From positions 67,952,001 to 68,016,000 of the forward strand of contig OZ260662.1 in NCBI GenBank assembly GCA_965285935.1: DNA of 64,000 nt. Direction: 5' to 3'. This document shows positions 40,863 to 53,229 of the stretch, piece by piece. Origin of the DNA: Ophelia neglecta. Lineage: Eukaryota. The notes below the pieces were generated by a model that was given only the letters and a program-made list of their open reading frames with translations, was not told the DNA's origin and did no database searches. Every line of letters starts with the position of its first letter. Positions within the stretch are counted from its first letter, which is position 1. A program made the translations under genes and the position numbers.

Positions 40863-43800
40863 TGTTTATATGAGTGTGTCACGCCGTGTGTGTGAGATTG
40901 TTGTGTATGTGGCTGTGTGCAACTTCAATAGTCGGATAATCTGCGCTCTCCAATAGTCATCTTCTCTACAGGAAGCATCAACTGCGCATGCTGCCATGAA
41001 CTGCATATTCTAAACTAAGCGTGTACAATTTTTGCTGTGGAACTTTATTGCTTTCCATGGCTGTGCTCTTTATCTCATCGTTCGAAATCCCCGTCGAATA
41101 TCTTTTATTACTGGAGTCCCACCCGGTTTATACTGATGACTGTATACCTCCAATTCTACCTAGTGTCCTGAAGCCAATACATAAACAATTCCTTAATAGG
41201 GAACCGATATAATCCATTTCTTTGAAAACGAAAAACTGCGGTGGAGCCGGGACTTAAAGCTATTTTGTAATTCACCTTGTATATGTCCCCACTGTCCATG
41301 TCCCCATATACTAATATAAACACGTGATATACGTACTACTTGAACCTGTCTCTAATCATTTTGCCATGGTTACTGTAGTGTTATTGTGTGTTATAGGTAG
41401 GGTATACTATAGGTAGGGGGCATGCCTTCTTCGTTTTTTCTCTAATTAAAGGTCGAAAATGTGGCGATTATAACTTTTTAATATTTTTTTTCAATTAGAA
41501 TGAATAAACGTTATATTTCCCAATTATCACTTACAAACCATGAATGATATCATATATTTCTGCACTGGAACTCACCATCCATACACTCACAATTTGCCAT
41601 GTTGCATCTAAGAACACGTTAAAGGCCTACTAGTGCACATTTGAACAATGATAAAAACACGCACGTAGTCACCTCGATCCACCATCGTGATTCTGAAGAT
41701 GGCAAGCCCTATGGGGCAATTGCAGACTTCGAATTGTAGCTTTGATGAGGTTAGGGTCTATGTACTTTTTCACTATGGCTGCTTCTTTCTATGCAAAATT
41801 GAATTAAGACAATGTCATTTTGATTCATGTAGAAAATTAATGGTTCTGTCCGACCGAGTTTAGCCTCATCACTCATGTTTGCATCGACATTTTTTGGGAT
41901 TAATCAAATTTGGATGTGCCCTAGAAATTGGTTATCTGCCTACGATGCAGAGCTTCAGAAATCAGCCAAATTTTAATAGGCCATTGTGCTCCGACCACAA
42001 GGGGGTCATTCACCGTTTGTATTATGATAGTTAGGCTAAGAAGATGGAAATAAACATGATGTGGATATTGTGGAATGTTCTCAAATATGATAGTGTATTA
42101 TTCTGTGAAAGTAGAGTAATTTCTTTTTTAATGAATGGGACTTTTGACTTGAACCGTTGTGTGAACTTTATTGTTTTTTGTATGTTTTTAAGCATATTGT
42201 ATGCATTGCAACAATAAAATCCTGGGTAAACTCATGAAATCTTATGGTTCTCAAGTTGCCTTATCTCTCAGTATATTTCTTCGTTTTTCCACGGCATTTT
42301 CCTCTTCTGTTCGTGCATAAACTGATGAAGTTAGTTTTCAAATGTCAGTTGACATGCGCATGCTTGGTACTAATTTTCGATGCCATGACGTATCAGTCTG
42401 GGTCATTCCACAATGCCCTTTCTCCCCGTAGACAATTAATCTTTTTTTTTTTAGATGCCCTATGTTGATTTAACTCTGCTTTAGCGTTGGTGGACGACTC
42501 GCTGACCCCTTGCATTCATTGTCGACGGCCAGACGGCTGGACGATAATCTGATAGACATCTAGATAGCTCCGCCTGAATCACATGTGACTAACAAGCAAG
42601 CTTTTATGTCGCTGAGCGAATTTGTCGTCTGATATCCCTGCCGAATTAGATCAGCGTTCAATCGCGATGTCTTTAATGAAGTCTCAGCATCTCAGCACTT
42701 TTATAGATTTACTGTATGTAAAGATACGGCTCAGCCAGTATCAAACTATACGTCGACGTCTTTAGTAACTAATTAAATTCACTATAGGCCTCGGCGTCGG
42801 GGTCAGACAGGTGCACTCGAGGTCAGACGTGCTCCTTTGTAATATAAAGTGCAGGCTTGTGTCGCTATAAGCCGGCGGAAGCGGCGGCTGGATTGTTGCT
42901 GCGCATGCTTTGTGACCCGGTTATGGGGGTTTTGCCGTTATATGTAAAGGGACGAGACCCGGCGTCTTTTATCCCTTCATTAAAAAATATTCGCTTCCTA
43001 CGCCACTGCCCTACATTGTCCCCACACTAGCTTGCTCCAACTACTAGAAAGGGTTAGGTTAGAGCAACAGCGGGCATACTGATAGTATACTGCTATCCAG
43101 GGTACCCAGTAACACGGTTAACAGGGGAAAACAATTCTCAACCAAAAGCATAAGGACTAGAAATAGAAAGGGGGCCCGTACCCTGGAGGGGGGGGGGGTC
43201 TTCTCTTTTTTACACTTAATTTGTCATTGTCTGGTGTTATCTAAACCCCTTGCCATAGCAATAGGTAAGGAACGCAGTGCCAATCAGTGGGCATAATTGC
43301 TTTGGAGAGTTACACGCAGAGCAACCGAGGTTTTCTAGGGGCAGATAGCATCAATGTATTGGGTTATCTGACGTCACTGGGTGGAATATCAGACGCCGGC
43401 CCAGACGGGGTTTATTTTCGTGTGACGCCCGCCTCCCGGCCCGAGGAAGTCTGTCGGTCGACTGATATACCAATCAACCTATGTATAAGCATCCCCGGTT
43501 ATTACCACCTTATATTTAACCTAGGATGAGATATTATGATAGGCTACGAAGCGAGGAATCCGCCCTCTTAGATTTGTACGAAAGTTATAGGATGATTCTT
43601 AAAACTATCAAAATTTTAGCTAATTTTTAATATAATTTCATGCATTGTAATCACTGCTTAATACCAAGAATTTAGATCAGATGTAACATATACATGCACT
43701 TAGTTGTGGGTGAATGTCTTGAATACTTTTTTTCGCCCTGTATATCATTTTTGCTTTCTGGCGCGCGTGCTTCAGATTTTGAACAACGCCAAAAGTAAAA

Positions 43801-44339
43801 GTTTAATTTTCATCACATTTGGTGAAAATGTATCCGGTCCAACATCCCCATATGATAAATAAATAAGGTTGACCCACTTTTCTTATCGTTTTACAGATGC
43901 AAAAATGGCCTAAGTGTCATATTCATAGTTTTGAGGTAATCAAGGAAATGGTTATAAGATTGGTCAATTTACTAATAAGCAACCTATAGTTAAGTTTTCT
44001 ACGCGCTTTTTCATAAGGACATTCCTGTTAAAATCAAAATCTAATAAGCGAAGATATATCTGCGGTTTTGTTAATTAGGCCATAATTGATAAGAAAATAT
44101 GGCCCAAGTAAAAACAATCTTTAAACAAATAGACCTAATTGCCAACATCCGAATGGCCTTAGTGACAATGATGTGTGGTATGAAAATGGCCTGAGTTACA
44201 TCAAGTAGTGTAATAAATAGCCTAAGATACACACAAAAATGGCCTAACTAACAAAACTAAATAGACCCTACTACCTGGTCAGTTAGACCATTTATATATT
44301 GACCAATACTTGCGTTCACACTTCATGTGCACGTACCTA

Positions 44340-44398
44340 CGGTCTGTATCAAGGTCTGTATCTAGGTCTGTATCCAAGTTTGTATCTAGGTCTGGATC
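44340..44398. repeat. 12-bp tandem repeat (GGTCTGTATCWA), ~5 units
   Basis: ggtctgtatcaa ggtctgtatcta ggtctgtatcca agtttgtatcta ggtctggatc. Confidence 0.85.
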
Positions 44399-45401
44399 AC
44401 GTGGTTATTTTGGTCTGCATAACTCATAAGGCATAATTTTGATCAGAATGTCATGTAGGCTATTTTTAATAAGTGGGACGATATCCAAGTCACGACTCCA
44501 TTTACTAAAAGCTGATGTACGTTAACGAGTATAATACATAGCTTAAGTAGCCAAGTGGAAATTACCGTTATGCTTAGTTCCCAACCGAATGGGAATCGAT
44601 TTTATAAAAAAAAAAGATGATCACAACAATGTCGTATTCATGTCTTTAGCTGGGCAAAGATCCAAACCTATTGAGAAAACTTACCATGAGCCAAATGATT
44701 AGAACTTTAATTTGGGTGCGAGGCTTTGCTTTGGTAACCGATATGACATTTAGAAAAGTTACTATTTAATGATGATTTTTTTGTGAGGTTAAGTGATACA
44801 ATTGCCAAAATGAAGTTGTAAATTTGTGTTGGATACAGATCAGTAACATGACAGCCGAGAAAAGCTCAGCTCATCTGAAGGCCATCCAATTACATTCTTT
44901 ACATATCAAGATAAAAAGGCGCATCCTGGCTGTGTGGAAATTCACATAACCTGGCCCTTCTTCAAACTATACAGTTTTCTGGATATGTCATGTCTAACAT
45001 ACAGTTGAAATATGATTATATCGGCCGAAAGGGTTCATAGACCTGGCGGCAGTTTGATGGCATTTTTTAATCACTTGGTGTGGATGATTTTCCAAAGATG
45101 TTTTCCAAATGATATTTCGCCGTCGACAGAACGAAATGCCAAAAGAAATCAAGATGGAGGGTCGGCTAATTTGAGAATCAGGGACGATGAGATTTTTGTC
45201 CTGTTATTATTCAGTGGCTGTGAAACGACTTCGTAGTCCGGCAGTAGGCTGTTGCAATGCTAAATCCTACTTCCGTGGATGATACCATAGCTTAATGGAT
45301 ATAAACAACTGCACAGGATCCGACAGAAGTTTTATTCAGATACAATATTTTAGCTGAAGGGTGTATGGTAATGTAGTGCCCATTCCATAGTTTCTTTCAG
45401 G

Positions 45402-48400
45402 ATGTGGAAGGTCACTCGCTCGATGACCAGGGTTACCCTCATGATACTAACGTCACACTACTTCACACAAACTGTTGCAGGAACAGGAAATAGAAACAGT
45501 TCAGCTAACCAAAGGTATAGTTAAAGATTAAATTTCAATTCGCTGATTTGAATAGATTTACTTGATCTATTTACGGAGCGAAAAATATAATTAAGTTTCT
45601 TTCTGATCTACAAATGTTAATCTTTTTGTAGGGCTCATAACCATCAAAATCTGGGATATAAAATATCGGACGAAAAGAGATTGGTGAAGGTCTTACTCAG
45701 GAGTTACCGTCGTATTGGGAAAGTAGGGCGTCCTGTGGTGAATGTAAGTGACCCGGTCACTGTGTTATTTGGCCTCGGTTTGATACAACTGGACGTAGAC
45801 GAGAAGAATAATATGTTGGCTCTCAGCACCTGGGTCAGATATGTGAGTAAACACCGTCTGCTTCCGATAGATCCTAATCGTCTGGTATAATACTGGCCTC
45901 TTTCCTCCTCCTCCTAGCTAAACATTTACACTCCAGCCATTATTTGTAGTAAATAACCAAGAGGACCAACTCACAAGTTTTCGTTGTGTATTTTAATGAG
46001 AAAAGTCTCTAATGTATGCCTGATATGGCTAAAAAAATTATGCGCAGTATGGCTTTAATATGCTCAGTGGTTGTTCATTTAATCTAGTAATGCTGCGGCC
46101 TTAAAACATGTCCTTGCTAAATTTCGATCACTTCACAGAATTAAAAAATGATTTTGGGTATGTTCTTTTTAATATACTTTACTTGGGAAATGAAGTAGGC
46201 TTGAAATGAAGTAAAACGATGGACGACAGTTCGTGTTTTCCTTAATATAAATCGTTTATATCAAATCACTTAATTGCATGCATTAAAGCATTGGAAAGAT
46301 GAATATCTGCAATGGAATCCGGGTCAATTTGGAGGAGTTGACAGACTAAAACTACCACACAACAAGATATGGACGCCTGATATCATGCTGTATAATACGT
46401 AAATACACTTTTAGACAAATGGGACTTGTGTGATAAATGTTCCGAGTGAATGAACGACTTAAGTTTAAACACTGGCCGTATAAGATCGATGAGGAATAAA
46501 CGTTATCTTCTTCGCTATTTGTATTTTCAAATTAAACAAAGTTAACAACAGTAATTAGTATAAAAAATATTAAGAACGTTTTCAATATTAAAATCTCTTC
46601 TTTGAAATACGTGATTATGCATTGAGTTTAATCGGAAAGGGCCAACACAGAGGAGTACATTCGGTCAGCGCTGCTCATTGTCAGTCATACTGGCATGGTA
46701 CAGTGGTATCCGCATCGACTCTATCAGAGCGCATGCGCATTCGACGTCCGGAACTACCCGTTTGACAATCAAACATGCCATCTGGCCTTCGGCTCCTGGA
46801 CACACACACTCCAGGTGAGTAAATCCAAGGCAGAGCACCGACGAAGTCAAACTCTTAAACACTGATCTGACTTACCTGATGGCTATTGATCAGAAAGAAG
46901 AATGAAGACTACAGGATTTTATTCAAGGCACAAATTTGAAAATACGTTGATTTCTTGCGAAAGGATTCCTAGCCATTCTGTCAAAAACCAATATTACATA
47001 TAATGTAATCACTGTGCTTTGATAAACTAAGCAAGGTTGTCTTTGGTGATTCAGTTTGTAGACTAACCTTACTAAGTAGACACATATATATGTGTGCAGA
47101 AATATTATGTTTTATTTGTCGATGAAAAAATTGTTTTTATTCTAGGTGGGTTTCCTTTTTGCTTTTCGCGAGCTTTTCTTTAGGGTTTTGGTGTACTGAC
47201 AATTGGTTCCTTGATCAGGCCATGTTGGATCCTTTAAAAATGGTCTATTTTTCATGTATATGAACAACATAAAATAAATGGGAGGCAATTTGTTACTATC
47301 ATTACCCATGTAATACTTCAAGGGCGTCATGCGTCGTGTGTATTTTATAAAAATATTGTAATGGTAACCTGCCTGGCGGCTTTTTGTTTTGAGTGTCCTG
47401 TTGGTGGCAGATAAGGCGGGACACAGGACAAGTTTCCCATACCCGCCCACCTTAATTTTTGGTATGTTTTCAAATGCCATGTTATCATAATAGTGTTTTC
47501 ATTTAGTAAATGTAAGTCTAAGTAATTTCTTTAAGCAATCAATGAAACTAATATAAATATTAGTGGCTGTTATAGCATGAATTGCTTGCAATACTTTCTT
47601 TTCGTTGCCCCATTCTGATTTCCTTCTTGTCTTTTCCGAGGAATTGGACCTTCGATTGGCCTTTGAGAATGGTTTGGACTTAAGCACATTTCAGGCAGAC
47701 TACAAGGATTCCAGCAAATGGGAGATTACTGGGATTGAAGGTCGTAAACAGATGGTGGACGAGACATACGGCGTTCTCAGCTTCAGAATCGAGCTCCGTC
47801 GTAAGCTCATGTTTTCCAGTTACATTCTGACTATTCCAGCTGTCTTTTTAGCCTTCCTCACCCTTATCGTATTTGTCCTTCCGGCCGATGACGTCGAGAA
47901 GTCCATATTAGGTGAGTAGACAAAAGAAGCACTTCTACCATTTAAGAATATTTGAAAGGATGCATATATGTTATGGCAGAAATATAAAGGGTTTGCTTAC
48001 TCGCAAAGCTTCTTAAGTTTAAGAAAAAGGGTTTCAAAAGTAACTAACCAAATCTCTCATAACGACCTAATTTAGTCCAGACAGTTAAAGTCCAATATTC
48101 GATAATTTTGCAATGCGTTTAAACGAATATATAGATTTCTAAGTCTAATTTCGGAAACGGTTTTTTTTCAGGATTGACTATTTTCGGTAGTCTATTAATC
48201 CTTCTGCTTATCCTGGTGGAGGCTGCCCCTTCCACTGCCTCGGCAGTCCCTCTACTGGGTACGTGAGTTCCGCTTGTTATTTGCATATTTAGACTCAAGA
48301 CAAAGCAAAAATTGTCGTGTACCTTTATATAGATCACCGATTGTTCAAACTAGAAAAACATTGTTATATCCTATTTAACTGTGTTTTTTATCATTTTCAC

Positions 48401-49268
48401 TTTACTGTCTTTTTTCCAGTTTTCTTTTTTACGAAGGTTTGTTCTACCGTTCCTTTGTACGAATACACGTTATATTGTTTCTTTTTGACGAAGGTCTGTT
48501 CTACTGCTTTACTACCGTAATTGTGATACTGTCTGTGTTTCTGGCGTCCTTGGTTGTGAAACTCGGTAATGCAGACAACCAAGGAAAACGCCGAAGAGTC
48601 CCCGGTGCTGTTAAAAAGGTTAATTTTTCTCTAGAAATATTATTTAACATAATTATAGTGACAGTAATATCAAAAATAATAGCGACAACCAACAATTGGT
48701 TGTAGTTTATAGTTCGTGGTCTTATTTTACATAACTTTAATTAGTTTTAAAGCTGTTGTTTTATATACATCAGGTGATGTTTAGAGGGATAGCAAGGTGT
48801 TTGTTTATAGATCCTTTATACATAGAAACAAACAGTGATGGTGAAGCGAGTAATAAGTCGAAGAGACAAAGTAGAAAGTGTGAATCCGTATTCCTAGCGG
48901 ACCGAATGTCAGCACTACCAAACGCGGAAGGATATTTGACACGTGATTCTGACCCAGATCTCCATAGACTATTTACGTGCCAGGACTACAAAGTCACATA
49001 TAATGATGGGGTATCAAATGATTCCACCTTAACTGTCTCGCAATACACTCTTATTCAGACTCTTCAGACACAACTGAAAAGCATAAACTTTATTCTGGAA
49101 GAAATTGCGAAAAGGCAACAGGCGACAGAGGACCGAAATATTTGGGAAAAAGAAGTACACTCCGAGTGGAAATACTTAGCTTCAGTCTTGGACAGGCTCT
49201 TCTTCATCATTTACTTTGTCGCCATCATATTGTCGATATTATTGTTATTTCCATGGCGTGCAGATTGA
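45402..49268 (+). CDS. Gene B: tandem paralogue, Cys-loop nicotinic acetylcholine receptor-like subunit, non-alpha type, 8 coding exons, 528 aa
   Basis: Exons join(45402..45514,45632..45842,46289..46398,46640..46814,47641..47911,48172..48258,48494..48618,48774..49268) = 1587 nt, with the same intron phases as gene A and the same 110-nt and 87-nt exons. Motifs: DEKRLVKVLL..GRPVVN; WKDEYLQWNPGQFGG..IWTPDIMLYN; Cys-loop CAFDVRNYPFDNQTC; FGSWTH; M1 YILTIPAVFLAFLTLIVFVLP; M2 EKSILGLTIFGSLLILLLILVE; M3 LFYCFTTVIVILSVFLASLVV; EWKYLASVLDRLFFIIYFVAIILSILLLFPWRAD. The ATG lies 1 nt after an acceptor (tttctttcag, ends 45400), implying an upstream non-coding exon. Confidence 0.92.
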
Positions 49269-49743
49269 AGATTTGAGGGCCATTTCTCTAATTTTAGATA
49301 CCATATTTCGATGATTACGTATACTTGAGTTGTTGTACAATGCCGACGCAGTACCATAAGAACGTATTCCCCACTCTCTATAGTGTAGGAGGTATTTTGA
49401 TAAAAAGGTGCTTAGGTAATTATAGCAAAGAAAGAGCTGAAGATTAGTTCAGACTAAAAACTTCAACTGGGCGCTTCTGAACAAACATTTCGTTGGTTCA
49501 TAGTGAGAAGCACTTAATATCTGATTATTCTGTTAAAACGTTTACATAATTTAGTTAATTTCGTTGCAATGTATAAAAATGTTACTCTCGTGCCTATTAA
49601 AAGCAAATATATTGAGTTTAATTTTCTGACTAGTTTGCCGTTCATTTTCACCTTGTAAATTTAATAAGTGGTTAGATTATTTCCGTGAAATGCAGACTTA
49701 TTTGGGCGGAATGACATCCCACCTTGTAAAGTTTAATGTATAG

Positions 49744-49749
49744 AATAAA
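49744..49749 (+). terminator. Candidate polyadenylation signal of gene B
   Basis: AATAAA ~480 nt after the stop codon. The context is AT-rich, so this is weak evidence. Confidence 0.3.
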
Positions 49750-52616
49750 TAGAACAAAAAATGCTTAAGCATTTCTTCGAGATTTTTCAAAGTGAAACCG
49801 CAAACATTTTTAAATTGGTACTCGAAATTCTTGTTTAAAACCGTCTATTTCTTATTGTTATTGAAAAACTTTTTTGTTACTAGCCTTCTGTACTGTTATA
49901 CATGTACATGCTTTCTTATTACCCAAGCTGTTCCCGAGAAACACGTTTCATCGTGTCTCGTCCAATCTCGTCCTTTGACTACAACGTTAGGCTTGTCGGC
50001 CCTTTCTTTACTATCTTGTTTCTATCATTTAAAGATTTTGTGTAAGTAGTACTTCATATGATTTAATTTATTTTACCAAGCCTATGATACAAAATCATAA
50101 AATTATGCAGAAAAACAAGCAATTCTTAAAGGCCTTTATAATATCAGATTTTAAGAAAAATACACTTAGTTCTAAATTTCTGACCCTGAGTTATAAGCGC
50201 AGATTAAAATGAGCCGGAATTTTCCGAATTCATAAAAAATTATTTCACCAATTCATTAAAGTGAAACATGTACGAGCTTAGAGGACTGTTAAGCAGTGCA
50301 TCAAGCTTTAACAGAATCAATATAACATCAATTATTCCTTTGTAGATTGTTCATGTTTAGGTTATATTTGCCATTGGTTTAACCCCTACGTTGCAAAATG
50401 GTGCGATAATTTAGAGTGATCTAGTTCTTTATTCCTAGGACTAGGGGCGCTGGCCAGCTGCCTCATAATCAGGTTATCACAACGTACGTTGCAGAAGCAC
50501 GGAACGTGTCCAGTCACACTAAAAGCAATACTGTTTCACTTTACAAAGTTAACCATTTTATAGCACTATCGAGGCGATTTAATACCCTTTTTCTCTTTAG
50601 TTTGCAGGGACCTTTTACATCATTTCTCAGGTCTAGGGTTTGTTCAGACATTTATATCTTTGGTCTTTACATCTGAAGAGAACTGAAACCATCATAAACT
50701 CTTCTTTGGCATAATTATTCCATATATGCCATCAGTTGACCATTTAATGACTCGTTTGTTCTGTGTTCGTATCATGGAAGGCGGTGGACTACTTGTTTCT
50801 GGTGACGCCATAAAAGATCCGGAATGGGAAACTGAGTGCAAAAGGGTAAATTTTCAACCGTTGCTCTCCGCACCAAGCTGACACTATGGTGACGCTTGAC
50901 TTTGCAAAAGCTCAGGCGCCACTTTGTGTGCATGCGGATCATTAACAAAACCATAGTAGATCTATATACGTCTCTGCTATAGTGCATGCCCTTTCAGAAA
51001 ATTATAAAGCAAAATATTGCAAGTTGTCATTTTTATTGCAGTGAACTCATTACTGATCATTTTTTATTATATATGGGATTGCCATGAAGGTCTGTCCATG
51101 AGATATCAAGGGCATATGTTTTTGGAAGAAATATTGTTGGCCAAGAATCTTGTGTGTCAAAATGACGTCGTAATTTATCATCCAGAACTGTTCTGGTAAC
51201 TTAATGCCCATGTGAAATAAAAGCAATAGTCAAAAGCGTCTGTGGAGCAAAAAATAGCCTGGGTCTTAAATGACTTGCAGACGCTTGCGACAAAATAGGC
51301 CTTATCTGTGGCCAAAGACACAATTCATGCGTGTAATAGTATAATGTATTACAGCATGCTTTACTTGGAAGAATTTTCACGGCAAATAGAGCCAACTGTT
51401 CCCTTACTTGATGTGTTCGAACTTGTAGAAAATTACGTCATTTGAAGCGTGATATTATAACTGTGCAAGGATGTAATGGACACCATTCAGTAGTTTCCTG
51501 ATCTCATATCAACCAGAAAAAAAATAGTAATCGCAATTTTACAAATTAAAAAAAAACTCACAAACAAATAAGGATATCATAAGGTCACTTTAATAGATAC
51601 AATTGCTAATAAATCGAAATTACCCAAATGACAAGCAAGCAAAACACATACTCAGGAAACATATATCCCGAATAAATCCCGATCTAGAGGCGTCCTTATA
51701 CGTCTTGATATCTAGGTCACTTGAAATTAACCGGATGTGAGGACACATCGAGGCCAGGCCTCGTCACCTAGGCTTGAGTAGAACGGATGTAAGGTCACAT
51801 CGAGGTGCAAAGTTATAAATTGCACAGTTTTATATATATTAAAACATGAAAACATGAATAGTATACTGCTTTGCCAATACAAACCGAAGCCGTGCCACGT
51901 GATACCGCATCCTTGGTTCGGCAATTAGGCCCATCATTTGACCTTGACAGGTTACTTACAACTTGATAACAGCAGTGCATGTACTGGGGCACAAGACAAA
52001 TCAATTCAGTATGTTAACAAGGATCACGGAAATAAAATATGCTCTAAAAAACGTCTATCTGGGCCCTGGTACATATCAAGCCATTATGTTAAGCGGAAAC
52101 ACGGAAATAAGACATACTTGGAATGCGTCTGGGACCTTGCTTTCTTTTGTTCAGGAAATATTGTTATTTATATACATGTGCATTCTTATATTAATAAAAC
52201 CATAGTTATTTACACAACTTCAAAATAAGCTATGCCCCTAATACAAGAAGCTATGGCTTTCCAGGCAATGATTCAACACACATCATAGCAATATTTAGTC
52301 AAATTAGGTTTAACAGATCGGCATTCGACCACAAAGAGATGATAGGGGTGATTATTGGATTCTTATCCTATCCAGAACAGCTTAATTGTTGACAAACTGA
52401 ATAAAGTTCAGGTTATAATTCAGTTGGAAATTTGTTATACATATTACATTAACCAGGTGGTTATGAGCAACTGCACAAAATCGAAATACATGTATTAAAC
52501 AATTTGACACAATTCATGTAGTTTATTGATCGAGAACAATAGAATATTGAAGGTTTAAATCAAGTCGCAAAAATCTTAAGCAGCACGTTTTATTTTTATG
52601 TTCTCGCTCTGTCTTG

Positions 52617-53229
52617 TAGGGTGGCTGGATAAGGCCACCTAGATTTTATTTGTTATCTCGTTCCCCCAAGATAATATCTCGTTCCTTCAAGAAAAGTTTC
52701 TTGTTCCCTCAAGACAGGTATCTTGTTCCCTCAAGATAAAATTTCGGTTCCTAAAGATAATATCTCGTTCCTTCAAGATAGGTATCTCGTTCCTTCATGA
52801 AAGATATCTCGTTCCCTCAAGATATGTATTTCGTTCCCTCAAGATAGTATCTCGTTCCCTCAAGATAGTATCTCGTTCCTCAAAATAGCGTGTGCCATGC
52901 ATGGTTTGTTGAGCTAAATAGCCATTTATATTTTGGCTAGTTGAAGAAACAAATTAACTATTTTGAAGGAACGAGATACTTAACTTGAGGGAACGAGATA
53001 CTTATCTTGAGGGAACGAGATATGATCTTGAAGGAACGAAATACTGATCTTGAGGGAACGAGATATTATCTTGAGGCAACGAGATACTTATCTTGAGGGA
53101 ATGAGATATTATCTAGAGGGAACGAGATATTATCTTGAGGGAACGAGATATTATCTTGAGGGAACGAGACATTATCTTGAAGGAACGAGATAAAAAATAA
53201 AATCTAGGTAGCCATGTCCAGCCACCGTA
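52617..53229. mobile_element. Foldback non-autonomous DNA transposon with 6-bp target-site duplication (IS3EU-like termini)
   Basis: Inverted arms of ~270-300 bp start TA(G/C)GGTGGCTGGA..GG..ACCTAGATTTTATTT and are built from 21-22-bp units ATCTCGTTCCCTCAAGATA(N2-3). GTCTTG flanks both ends (52611-52616 and 53230-53235). Confidence 0.88.

Noticed and set aside
19471-49268. Calling the genes alpha subunits or giving a CHRNA/CHRNB symbol
   Set aside because: Neither has the loop C vicinal cysteines, and orthology to named vertebrate or insect subunits cannot be supported without a tree.
50774-50850. Possible first exon MEGGGLLVSGDAIKDPEWETECKR of a third gene
   Set aside because: It is short, has no homology, and its donor phase (0) does not match the phase-2 exon at 63033. 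No linking exon could be established.
52650-53195. CRISPR-like array of ~21-bp repeats
   Set aside because: The repeats are contiguous without unique spacers, form two inverted arms with a target-site duplication, and there are no cas genes. The context is eukaryotic.
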